Shown piece after piece: positions 39,982 to 51,536 of a stretch of DNA of 64,000 nt (positions are counted from its first letter, which is position 1; each line of letters starts with the position of its first letter). The stretch is from positions 1 to 64,000 of the forward strand of contig JAQGDQ010000113.1 in assembly GCA_030141605.1 (NCBI GenBank), read 5' to 3'. This DNA comes from Tubiluchus corallicola. Lineage: Eukaryota; Animalia; Priapulida. The notes under the pieces are model-generated. The model did no database searches and was not told where the DNA came from. It worked only from the letters and a program-made list of their open reading frames with translations. The position numbers and the translations under genes were made by a program.

Positions 39982-41878
39982 TTACCACCCTGCTTGAGCG
40001 ACATAGGTAGGAGCTGGTGTGGGTTGCACTTCCACAGCCCTTACTCTGACACCCCAAATTTCCTCTTCTTGGTCGTAATTAAAAAGTTCTCGTGGTTGTT
40101 CGTAGTCATGTCCAAGACTGAAAAAAATAATGTAGTTAAGTTAAGCAATAGTATGAACTAGTTAAATAAAGGAGTCATTTTAAGAGATATTGTTCAGACG
40201 ATATTTTTGGTTTCCTCGTCTCACAGTATTGAAATTTAATCTTCCACTATGATGCTACTATAGTTGTAACGTAAAAGCAAATTGTATGATGCTGTCACCG
40301 TGTGGTTATATGTGCAAATAAATATCTGAATTCACGAATCTAATGAAAATGCAGGTAACCCGAACTCACACATTGAAAATGTTATCTGGATTGGTACACT
40401 ACTTAAGCGACTGACTGGGCTAGTTAGCTCGTTGGTCAACTAGTCAGCTAACCAATAACTACTGCTGCCTTGATTGGCTCAGTTGTGAAGGAGCCACAAA
40501 GTGGTTTGTTAATTTATGTTTATTTACCTGTAATCATATTCGTAGCCACGCGTCTTAGTAGCATCTTCTTTAGCTTCGGCCTGGTCTACACTGAAAAGTG
40601 AACCAGCAGCACTTCCCTCGCGCGTGTACGAGACGACGCTGGACTGTTGTCCACTACCAGAGATTCCGCCCTCCACTACAGGACCGTAATTAACAGTGGT
40701 GAAATATTCCGGTGCTGCTGTAGCTGGTTGGACTGGAACTACTGCCACACCTTCCTGAAATTTTAAAAATGAGCGTGAAGGATTATGACTAATTAAATTA
40801 AGGACTAGCATTTTCCACAGTTAAATAGACTTTGCTCAACAAATTTGTAACTCAAATGCATACACGTATTTTAAACTTAAACTCTGCTGAAATTTTGTTT
40901 ATTGTTTGCGCAGTTTACAATCGGTATGGTCTTTACTAATTACCAGTGTGTTGTACTCACCTCTTGAACCGTGAATTCTTGCCTAGCTGGCTGTGCTGCC
41001 ACAATTACCTGTGTTCCTGGGGCGGTATTAACCGTTTCTGTTGTCGTTACAGTTCCTACTGCTCCTGTTTGTGGAACTGTATTGACTGTAATTCTTCGTA
41101 CACCCACTTGGTTAACACCACCGCCACCAAGTCCCAAGTCTGTGGCACCAAATTCACGTCCAAGTCCACCAAAGGTACTGCTTAGTTGCAGTCCAGGAAT
41201 TTGATTACGAACGCCCGTCACTGGTACGCTGATTGTTCTTTGCACCTGTTGTGTGCCTCTGAAATCGACTCCAGTTCTCAAAGGCAGGCCAACTCCCAAA
41301 TTTACCCCAGCTCCTAATTGTCTGTTAACGGCAACATTGACAGCAGCTCCTAGTTGTTGTCCTCCAAGTCTAGTCCCAAGTGGTGATCCAATGGAACTAG
41401 TTCCAATAAGTCCAGTCCCAAGTTGTTGTCCAACAACTCTAGTTCCCAGCTGTTGTCCAATAACTCCTGTTCCGAGCTGCTGTTGTCCAACCCCAAGGGT
41501 AACATCAGGTGAAAAGCCTGTAGTAGTGCCTCCAAACAGTCGCTGTACCGATTCAAGTGAGTTGGTGTTGCTGAAATCTCCAGCAAACGGTCCTCCACCA
41601 GGTTGCGAAAGAGCCAGTTGGTCACGGAATGCATTTGGCAGCGCCGCTATTCTATTAAGGTATGAGCTACCGCCAAAATTTTCTCCAACAACACCTTGTG
41701 CAAAATTGTTGCGTCCAAAAGAACCGACTGTACCAGTAAATGTCCCAGCAGTGGCCAATGGACTAAGACCACTGATGCTGCCAAGAGTTGACGACGGCCC
41801 CAATCTCCCAGTCTGCCCGACAAGAGTTTGGGAGCAAGTTGCTCCTAACATCATCGATAACAGCAGCAGTGTTGCCAT
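39982..41878 (-). CDS. Secreted Gly/Val/Gln/Thr-rich protein, family member D (426 aa) with the shared C-terminal domain
   Basis: Coding exons 41878-40961 (GAG|GTGAGT, phase 0), 40754-40528 (phase 2) and 40117-39982 (LGHDYEQPRELFNYDQEEEIWGVRV...AGW*). Signal peptide MATLLLLSMMLGATCS. Acceptor at 41890. Confidence 0.88.
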
Positions 41879-42496
41879 CTTGTGTGAACCTTGAAAAACA
41901 GCAACAGTTAGTTTGCAACTGACTTGACTGTTGATAGTCATTGACTTGATGAACTTAAAGCACTTTGTCTTCCTATAAAAGACTTGAATGAAAAACATGA
42001 CTATCTCTCCTATTGTGCCACCTCATTCTGCCTTTTCGTTAACTTACGTTTCAAGAATATTGGGAAATTAATAGTTATTACGCAAACTACTGTTACCACT
42101 GTACAGCTTCAGAATATTTTTCTTTAATTGCAATTGCAAAGTGTTTTCAGGAACTGAGTTTAGATTTGAAAAAATTATTTGAATTAGACGAAAATTTCAA
42201 CGGTGACAGAACGATTGCGATAACCATACTTTCGCACTTATTATCTTATACATACAAGATAATAAAAACAACGGAAGATAGAAGGCAATATAAATCTATC
42301 ACATTTTTTTAAATTTGCAATACAATATTTCCATTATTTTGTTAAGTAATTAATTAGTTAACTATTTTTAGTTCAACTAATTTAAGAAAACACGAAGACC
42401 TAGTTTTTATTTTAATTGTAAACTGCAAATAGTCAATTATAATAGTATAAGTTATGGTAACGATAGTAATAATACTAATAACAAATAAACGAATAC

Positions 42497-42567
42497 CTGA
42501 AACAGCTGTCACACACCGTCACACGAAGCGGTTATATTGTCTATTTTCATTCACTTTCGATTTTATA
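42497..42567 (-). promoter_or_regulatory. Predicted TATA box (42561-42567) and non-coding exon 1 of gene D (donor after 42497)
   Basis: GGGTATAAAA followed by CAG|GTATTC. Confidence 0.55.
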
Positions 42568-43105
42568 CCCGTGTCATCTTTCTAGCGACATACTTCTCTT
42601 TGCTCCTTCTGGCAAACTCGCTATATAAACTTTTATTTTTTTATAACATGGTCAAATGTAGGACATATACGCGCCGGACAATATCATCACGTTTTTATGA
42701 CGTTTTTAATGTCCTCGGGCAGCAGATTGTGATGCGGTTTACTCCCTTCCCTCGGTTTCTTTAACTAAACGCTATGGTACGCCAAGGAGGGCATTAAACG
42801 TCATTACACTGTGTGGCTTATTTGCAGATACTTTCAGTAAGATGTGCATGTTGTACAAAATCTACCGGTAGTTTTAAGCAACATAAACTGCGTATGAAAT
42901 ACCATTATTCTGCTCGTAGTCTAATGGTTCAGTGCAATTCGTCTATTTTTAGCCTTAATCATCTATGCGTCTGTGTCCTTTAAGTGTCTTTTAGCTGTGA
43001 TCGTCCCAATTCAACTTGTTTTTTAGCAAGATTTATAATGAGCACTAAAAACTACGACGAAGTTTCTGAATAGATGTGTCTTAACAATTATGTTACCACA
43101 ACGAC

Positions 43106-43534
43106 CAGGGGCGTATCAAGACTTAACGACGCCTAAGGCTGATACTTCTGACCCGCCCATCTATATTGTGAATTTATGGGTGTTTATGTAATGAGCACGT
43201 TAAACAATTATTTGTGGTGTATGTGAAATACTATTAACATGGTTTCTACGCTGTTATTATTAATTACCTGTATTAACGTAGCGCTTATATTCAAGTAGGC
43301 GCGCAACTGCTTGTTGTGTAATACCCTGCACCTGTTCGTTATGTGGCATTTATATAAAAGCTGTGCTTAGTAACTGCCTGTGGTGTGTTATAAAATGCGC
43401 CATTTACGTGAATAAGAATGAATACACGTTACACATTTTTGAGGAGAATAATATTTTTTTCTAACATTTGACGTCCCTCAAGCTTTGGCGCTCAAGGCTA
43501 TAGCCTAGTTAGCTTATTGGTTAATAGGCTCCTG
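43106..43534. mobile_element. Old MITE (hAT-like)
   Basis: CAGGGGCGTATCAA ... TTAATAGGCTCCTG imperfect TIRs; flanks ACAACGAC and CCAACAAC resemble a decayed 8-bp TSD. Confidence 0.5.
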
Positions 43535-44529
43535 CCAACAACAACAACAACCACAACAATAAGAACAAGAACAACAACAACATCAACAACAACTACAGTA
43601 AACTGACTTCACTGATAGTTTTGCTTAATATTCTGGACGTGGTGTTGTGCCATATCGCATGTGTCACCTCTTATTTCGACGTTACAAAATCATGGCAGAA
43701 AATTTATGATGCGTTTTAAAAGTAATATTGCATAGATAGACGGATCTTTCACAGAGACATAATTTTGCAAGTCTTTGACTTACATGATGAGTGACGTCAA
43801 AATTTTTGAAGCTTTGGAACATTCGCTACTAATGTGTTGTGGTACAAGTAGAACTGTACATAATCGCACTCGGCTACTTTTATATGCTTTTTTGTCTGAG
43901 TAACTATAGTAAATATTTACTAAACGACACATTTACGTAATGATTACTTTTTATTGGCTTGACTGCGTCTTGTCTGCTGTAAATTGTTGCACCGAGTTCG
44001 CACACGAGTGCTGGATGAGTTTGCCCGAGACAAAAAATTGAGTTCGTTTATTAAAAATCTGTGAGCAAAAATTTGGTGTGCATACTTAAGTATTTTTCCA
44101 ATTTTGTATGAACGTTATGATCGTTTTTATGTGTTTGTGCAAAATTTAAGTCTAAACAGGCTAAGTCTAGCATATTGATGTGACTTTGCTTAAATTTTGA
44201 CTCCCAGGCAAAAATTAAATAATTTATATTCCGACCACGGATGAAAGCATAATTATTTTTATTATAAGTCTGATCATCAGCGTAAATACAGGAACTAAAA
44301 ACTAATTCATCTACGTACGTTTTTAGAAATTTACTTAGAAATAAGTGGGTGTTAGGACTACTAGCAAATGAAACATTTCTTAAATAGAAAGGTAAATTAG
44401 GTCGAATACAACAAAGAATTTTCAAATGCGAAATGTACCGTTGGCGAAACGAAACATTTGTTAAAGGATAAGGTAATAACATAGTTATAAATTTTACAGG
44501 CGAACTGAAGCTTTTGTTAAAGGAGTAGT

Positions 44530-44700
44530 TTAATAGCATACAGCAGAGAACTTTTACTGGCGTATGTACTACTAGCGAAATGTACGACTGCAGGACTGCT
44601 TCACTGGCAAGCAATACCACTGGCGAACCGTACCACTGGCAAAATGTGCACTGATGAACTGTACTACTAGTGGTTTTTATACTGGCAAAGTGACATACAT
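44530..44700. repeat. Cluster of short ACTGGCGAA-like repeats, probably transposon subterminal repeats
   Basis: Repeated (C/T)ACT(G/A)GC(G/A)AA units. Confidence 0.4.
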
Positions 44701-45301
44701 TCATTACACTGTAGATGCCTATACCTTTCCCTAAGAAACAGTATAATAAGACTTCGTTTAATTTAATAACAAACTACATCAACATGTACTAAAATTGTAT
44801 TCTGTTAACTATTACTACACAAACGTGCCCTGTGAATATAATTATGATGCACATAGAAATATATAAAAGACCCAGTAATTTTTTATAGTTTAAGCAAAAT
44901 TTAGTAATTTTTCCACCAACATAAGGCCTGGACAGCGGACAATCACAATTTTTGCAGTTGATCAGCATTGCTACCACCTCACTTTTCCTATGCTAACCAG
45001 CTATGCATTATGCGGGTTTATAGTCTAATGTCACTCTACACCAGTCTTTAGTGGTAAAAACATCTAAAGGTTCATTATTTTGATCAGGAACAATAACTAT
45101 AAAATAATAATTTAATGCTAAATCAAATTTAGTATAATTAAGAAAGTGCAAATATGTTTTTGAGATTTAGAGAAAAAGCTGAGAAATCAAGCTGGAACCA
45201 TCAATGTTGGTTAGTCTGCGCTAGATATCTGAGCGGGATACTGATAACGTCATAATCATAAGCAACTGCCACTTCTGCACCATTGAGGTTTACTCAGTGG
45301 T

Positions 45302-45538
45302 TTACCACTGAGGTCCGCGCTTTCGCAACACTTCATGAGTCGCCCTTTCAATGATTTCTGGGCCACCTCTGTAACCTCGTAATCCTCCGTACCAAATGAG
45401 ACGCTCTCCGCTTAGGATCCCGTGAAGTCCTCCAAACCAAATAAGGTTCTGACCGCTGTTGTATAAGTACTGGGATGACGTAATTTCTATAAGAAACAAA
45501 CCCAGAAAGCAGAGAAGGAAAAGCACCGAGAGTTTCAT
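45302..45538 (-). CDS. Small secreted protein E (78 aa), related to the N-terminus of gene F
   Basis: Signal peptide MKLSVLFLLCFLGLFLIEITSS; two SGxxLIWxGGLxG repeats; TTTTAG acceptor 10 nt before the ATG, as in the neighbouring genes. Confidence 0.75.
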   Translation of the reverse strand: MKLSVLFLLCFLGLFLIEITSSQYLYNSGQNLIWFGGLHGILSGERLIWYGGLRGYRGGPEIIERATHEVLRKRGPQW

Positions 45539-47164
45539 GTCTGTCTGCCTAAAAGAATAAACTAAGTATAAGAAATTTCACTGATACAGTTAGGCCCTAG
45601 TTAGAATAGAAATGATTTTTACATATTTTTTGCACAGACATTGCAAAAGAATTTATACTACTGTACAGTTTTATGTACACCATGCTATTAACGAACTTAA
45701 ATCCAATACTTATCACAATTAAGCACATAAATGTATCATCGTTGCGCACAATAATTCTAAGTACCCAGAAATTTCTTTTTCAATGCTCTTTTTCCAATAA
45801 GGTACCTTTAATATTGTGCAGTCGCACTATGCAAATTCTTGACTGTGATCTCAGATTTATGGTGCACACTTTTCTTGGTGTAAACAAATCATAGACCGGA
45901 TGTGCAAGTCACAGACTGCAAGGAAAATCAACAACACGATTTGTTAGTGTGAGCAGAAACACTGTATATAATTTGTCTGGTGTGTATATTTAGTATGTGC
46001 AAGTCTTACGCATAATATGAACCTCTAACTTAATGATGTTCAGTGGTTACTCAACTGACCAAATGGACAAAACATTCGCTGAACAGACTCCTGCTCTACT
46101 TGTTGCTTTATTCAAAAGAGCCAAACCTTTATTTATTGTGGAATAGCACTTCAAAAAAAAAATTAAACTCAACTCAAGAAGATTAAATTTCATACTGAAG
46201 AAGTCAAACCGTATCTCAGTTATGTCCCAGCCCACCATAATTAACAGTGGTATAAAGACTGTCTAAAAATTTAAAAATACAAAATGTGTAGCCCTCATGC
46301 ATCCAAATTTATGCTTCTCTGAATTTTATAATTAGTAGCTATTTGCCAGGTTTAACCACGTTTCCAATTTTTAATTAGAATTTAAATTTACTCTTTCTCA
46401 TTATCAAAAATCTTTATCTCTCCCTTTAAATACTTTATATGATAATTGTATGAAGCAATTTTTTCAAGTGCAGTTCAATTTATTGGGCTTGTACATCTCA
46501 AACAGTTTAAGAATATTTTAGTGGAACATAACATCATAGTTATTGAAATTATAATTTTACCGTTTTCGAACTGCTTGATATTAATATAAAAAACTGCGTT
46601 CTTAAAAAAGTCTTACCTTCGTTGTATGTTCCTCACGAATCAAACTACAAACAACGAATAGATAAAAATTTAATTATGTTGCTCTGAATCTCATAACAGT
46701 TTGACAAAATGACGCATTAAAATCAATGACATATTTTGCGTGGTATTGAAGTTTACAAACAGACATGATGAATAGAAAACATGTAAGAAAACTAGGACGA
46801 CAGACAACTAATTTATTCCTAAATCTGAATTACAAATTTTCACTGTCACAAATAAATTATTTTGTTGTTGAAAATATATTGAATTTTTGAAAGTGGAAGA
46901 CAATTCAGCAACTTTATTTGAATTCCTGCTCAACCATTTAACAATCTACAATATTTAATTGTGAATAATACTTCTATGATAATTGAAATGGGGTAGCGAA
47001 AGACTAAGCGGTTACTTACCAGCTACCCCTATTTAAGCAACATTAATTAGTTTGGTTAATTATGTGACACTAGAAGCACCTTTGTGCGAGCCTTTCTAAT
47101 AAATATAAGTAATTAGGTCGTACTAATTTATTTCGAGGAAAACAGTAAATCGAAATAACAAAAT

Positions 47165-47515
47165 AAAATATAATAATAATGGTAATAATAAGCATGCATC
47201 AAAATATCCAAATAGCAAAAAACATGTTGTGTCAAAAATCAATAACAGTTGCAGTAATATTTGTAAGAAATTAGAAAAAATATTAATTACATGTATAATA
47301 AAATCACATATTCAAACAATATATTTTGTTATATTATTTTAACTGTTGAATAAAAACAGTTCATCAAATATAAAGTATAATAATAGTAATAATAACCATG
47401 CATCAAAATATCAATATAGCGAAATACATATTGTGCCAAAAATCAATAACAGTTGCAGTAACAGTTTCAAAATATTAGAAAAAAATTAATTACATGTAAA
47501 ATAAAATCACATGCA
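47165..47515. repeat. Imperfect tandem duplication (about 140 bp shared, period about 205 bp)
   Basis: CATGCATCAAAATATC...AAAAATCAATAACAGTTGCAGTAA...AATAAAATCACAT occurs twice. Confidence 0.8.
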
Positions 47516-48199
47516 ATAAACAAACAAATAACAATAGTTTAAGTACATAAATGTGAACTAAAATATCAAAATAAATCATCCATCAAAATAATCAAATATG
47601 TGTTTACTTACAAATGAAGAAATTATTATGATTTACGATGGATCACAAACCTTTATAACAGAAATCTGAGCATTTATAACCAAATTATACAATACGTAAG
47701 TAATTATCATGCTTCGTTAAATTATAAGAAACGATCATAACAAAAATTATATTATTACCATTGATACCATAATAGAATTCGACCGTACATTTTAAATTCA
47801 TTGTCTTCAAGCCTTTTTTATTGTGACCTCTTTAACATCAATAATGTCTGAAAAACAAAATGAGATTACAATGATTTATTATTACAGTAAATAATATTTA
47901 TGTCTAGTTTACTTGTCAATCTGGGTGTCGAGATTGATGACATCAGCATATCTCGAATTAAAGTGTTTTTTACCCTGTTTGCATGGATCTGCCCAGCAAA
48001 CAGGTTCTTGAACATAAACGTAGTGTTAAATTTGCATCGTAATCAATTACCAATGTAATTGTCATTCAAGCCTATAATATAGCTGGCATCGTGCCCAATT
48101 GGCCAGGTAATTAGCTAAATTAAGCTTCTTTCATATGTGTACATATATCGTTAACTGATTCTGTAATTATACTTATAATTAAAAACAAATCTTTGGATA

Positions 48200-49110
48200 T
48201 AACTAGCTGTGGTAACTATAGACCCATAGCTATCTCCGCTGCAACTAGTAAGGTTATTGAGCATGTCATTTTAAAGAAATTTGTGGCCAATTTAAGAGCA
48301 CCTGATTATCAATTTTGAATAAAAAAGAAACATGGAACTGATTTATGTATATGCGCTGGAGGAAATCCTTCATATGTACAAAAGCCATGCCTGTCCTGCT
48401 TTTGTGTTCTTCGTAGATGCCAGCAAGGCTTTTGATAGAGTAAATCATCGTCTCCTGTTTCAAAAATTAGAACGTATGGATTTTGCCGTCACCTGTACCA
48501 GAATTACTTAAATTTTGGCATGCCACACAGCGCATCAGCATAAAATGGGTAAATCTTTCTCCAGTCCGTTTTATGTCAGTAATGGAGTTCGTCAAGGTGG
48601 TGTCCTCTCGCCCCAAATGTTTTCACTGTATATTGATGATCTTTCAAAAAAGTTGTCAACTATGAGGTCTGCCACGCGTCGTTTTTTTGGTACACCTATT
48701 TATCACTTATTTTATGCCGACGACATGTGTTTAGTTGCTCCCTCTACACAGGCACCACAAAAATTGCTCTTGCTCGATTGCTGTGAATAATATGCTAAAC
48801 ATGATGATATTATAATTAATGCTTTGAAAAAAAATCTGTGTATTTTATTCCTAATACATTTAGGAATGTCAGATTTGCTAATGTAACTTTGCAAAGAGAA
48901 CCGATTGAACACGAACATGAAATGAAATATCTTGGTCACATAACTAACGATAATTGTAAAGACCTAATCAACTGCACCTTTTTATATTAGTTTCAATATT
49001 CTTTGCAGAATTTTTAGTTTTTGCTCTGCTGATGTCAAACGTGTTCTATTGAAATCTTATTGTTCCACTTTTGCTGTTCTAACCTCTGGCTGCGTCACTT
49101 TTAATGTTGT
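48200..49110 (+). mobile_element. Degenerate non-LTR retrotransposon reverse transcriptase fragment
   Basis: NYRPIA, FVDASKAFDRVNH, SNGVRQGGVLSP and LFYADD motifs with frameshifts; same family as 14875-15557. Confidence 0.85.
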
Positions 49111-51536
49111 ATAGTTTGCCAATCCCCAGGATTGTAATTATGGATAAATGTGTGCATAGTATGTGGTTTTTAGTATATTAATGTTTAAGTTAAGTTTGTA
49201 ATATATGCCAACATATTTACTTATTTTAGAGTTTATTAATTCTGTTTGTGGTTTCAATACATTTTATTTTTATATTTAAACCTAAGTATTTTATTGTACG
49301 TGTTTCGTCTAATACATTGTTTCTTATTGATATATGAGGTGGACGGTTTTTCCGTGAAGATGGTCCTATGAGCATGATTTTCTTAAAATTCACCGATAGT
49401 TGATTAATTTGCAGCCAGTGACCAAGTTAATGGTAGCACGTCCTGAGTTATAGACCAACGAGAACAAGACCCACAGTTACACGTTACATTATACTTTCAC
49501 GACCAATGCGGATTATGTAGTGAGCAATTCGATAATCACAACCAATGCGGATTCATTTCAATTAGAAGGCAAAATGGCAGGAAAAAATACTGAACATCAA
49601 CTGTGATACCAATACATTTATTATCTCCCATTTTTAATACTGTACGTATTTTATTGCAAATAATTATTTTGTGCAGTGTTTTTGTGTCATGTAATTTTTG
49701 AGTTCAGGTGGGAATGAAAATGATATAAGGAGCTTTCATAGTAAAAGTTTTCTTAAGCTAAACCAAGTAGTGCTTTCCTTTTTATTCTTTGTGTGAAACC
49801 CTTCAAAGTTTACCATCTGGCGCAGGGTAATGTAGGTAGTAGTTAGTCTATTAACTAGAGGAAATTGTAATGCTCTGCTTACCTTATGGTGAGTGACAAC
49901 ATGTTATAGCTACTATATAAACGAACATTTTCATGGAACCTGATTAGTCTGATTTATTTATCAGCAACCATGATGATGATGACCGTGACGACGCGTGTAT
50001 AAAAGCCCTTGAGTTGCAGGAATAGCTGAAATCATTTCAGTGGTTTCCATATTAACCCTCTAGACTTAATGATAAACCAAGCCTGCTTCCAAATCTTTGT
50101 CAGCACAATTGTGACGTCACAAGGTGTGAAGACCCAGTTTCACGGCGTAGTTTTCAGTAGGTGTTTCTCTTCTTAGCTTTGCTTATAAAAAGAAATATAA
50201 GTGCCGTGTTCTATTTGCAAATAGTCAGTTACGTAGGTTCAAACTGATGGATCAATTTCATTAAAAACCCAAAATATGTGGACCACTTCTACAGTTTAGT
50301 TGAAATGAAAACAACCTGTAATATAGACCTGTTTTATGTTGTGCTGACGTTTTAACACTCTTTAGTGGTGCTTATACTTGAGTTGGTGTATTTACTGTCT
50401 CATGTGCCAAAATGAATTACTCTTAAAAGGGCGATTTGAAAATATTTTGCATTGTTAGTTCATTTTTCACAATTGCATTGGCCATGACAAGAATTGTTTG
50501 TGAGTTTTTAAGTATTTAATACTATGATATAAGTTAATGTACTCTATTACAGGCAGGCTACTTCCAGTTAACTAAGACTGCAGAGGTTTTAGAAACAAAC
50601 TTATAAGTACAAAATTGAAGTTTCACAAGAATTTAAAACAGTAGCACAACACTAACTTGAGTCATGATTTATTTGACAGCTGACGTTTCAACAATATTAC
50701 TTTAACGTCGAAAATCAGTTGTGAAATAACTCAGTTGTTAAAGTTAGTACTGTGCTAGTGCTTTTTTTCTTGTACGGAAATGTGCGAAACGTTTTGGGTG
50801 TTTCATCAAATTGATAAGCGCTAATAAAATAATTCTTGTAGTAAAACCGACGGTAAATAGGGTTAATTAGATTAAGTTAGGCCACATTTTATAAATAACA
50901 TTTAGACATTGTTAATATTGTCCTATATGTTAACTCATTCATTAAACTAGAGAGCAAGTAAAATATGTAGCACATGAAAAAGAACAATCATCGGACTCAG
51001 AAATTTTATTTATTTTCTGCCATACAACCGGTAAATTTGGGCAAGGTAATAATTATTATTTACACGTATACTACAGTCTAAGAAATATTTGCTCTTTGGT
51101 GTAAAGCTATAAACATAACATCAAAACTTCATAAATATTGTTATTATTATTATTCTTGTTATAATATTGTGAGATGCAAACAGTTATGACAATGATAGGG
51201 CCATGTTCTTCCTACAAGTAGTTTATGCAAATATATTACAAGGTGATCATAATCTCAATAATAACAACAAAAATGCAGCATCTAATCAATCACAATATAC
51301 CACAGATTCATAAACGAACTTTTTAGAGTAAATCGGTCAGCATAATTTGCGTTTCATTATGAAAAAATTAAAATTATAACAAAGATTTCGGTGCACAGAA
51401 ATCAATACAATATTGTACAACGACGCAGTAGGCCTACCCAACTTCTTGTAAATTTAAAATACAAACGAAGATTATTCAAAAATCTTCAGCTTGTGTAATA
51501 GTCACCATATAATTTAGAATTGTACGGTTTGGCTTC

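Noticed and set aside
41879-41998. 40-aa N-terminal extension of D in the ORF track
   Set aside because: Begins inside the intron upstream of the acceptor at 41890; the signal peptide starts at ATG 41878
44051-44704. 217-aa ORF containing IYADD
   Set aside because: No other RT motifs; composition looks non-coding and it overlaps short repeats
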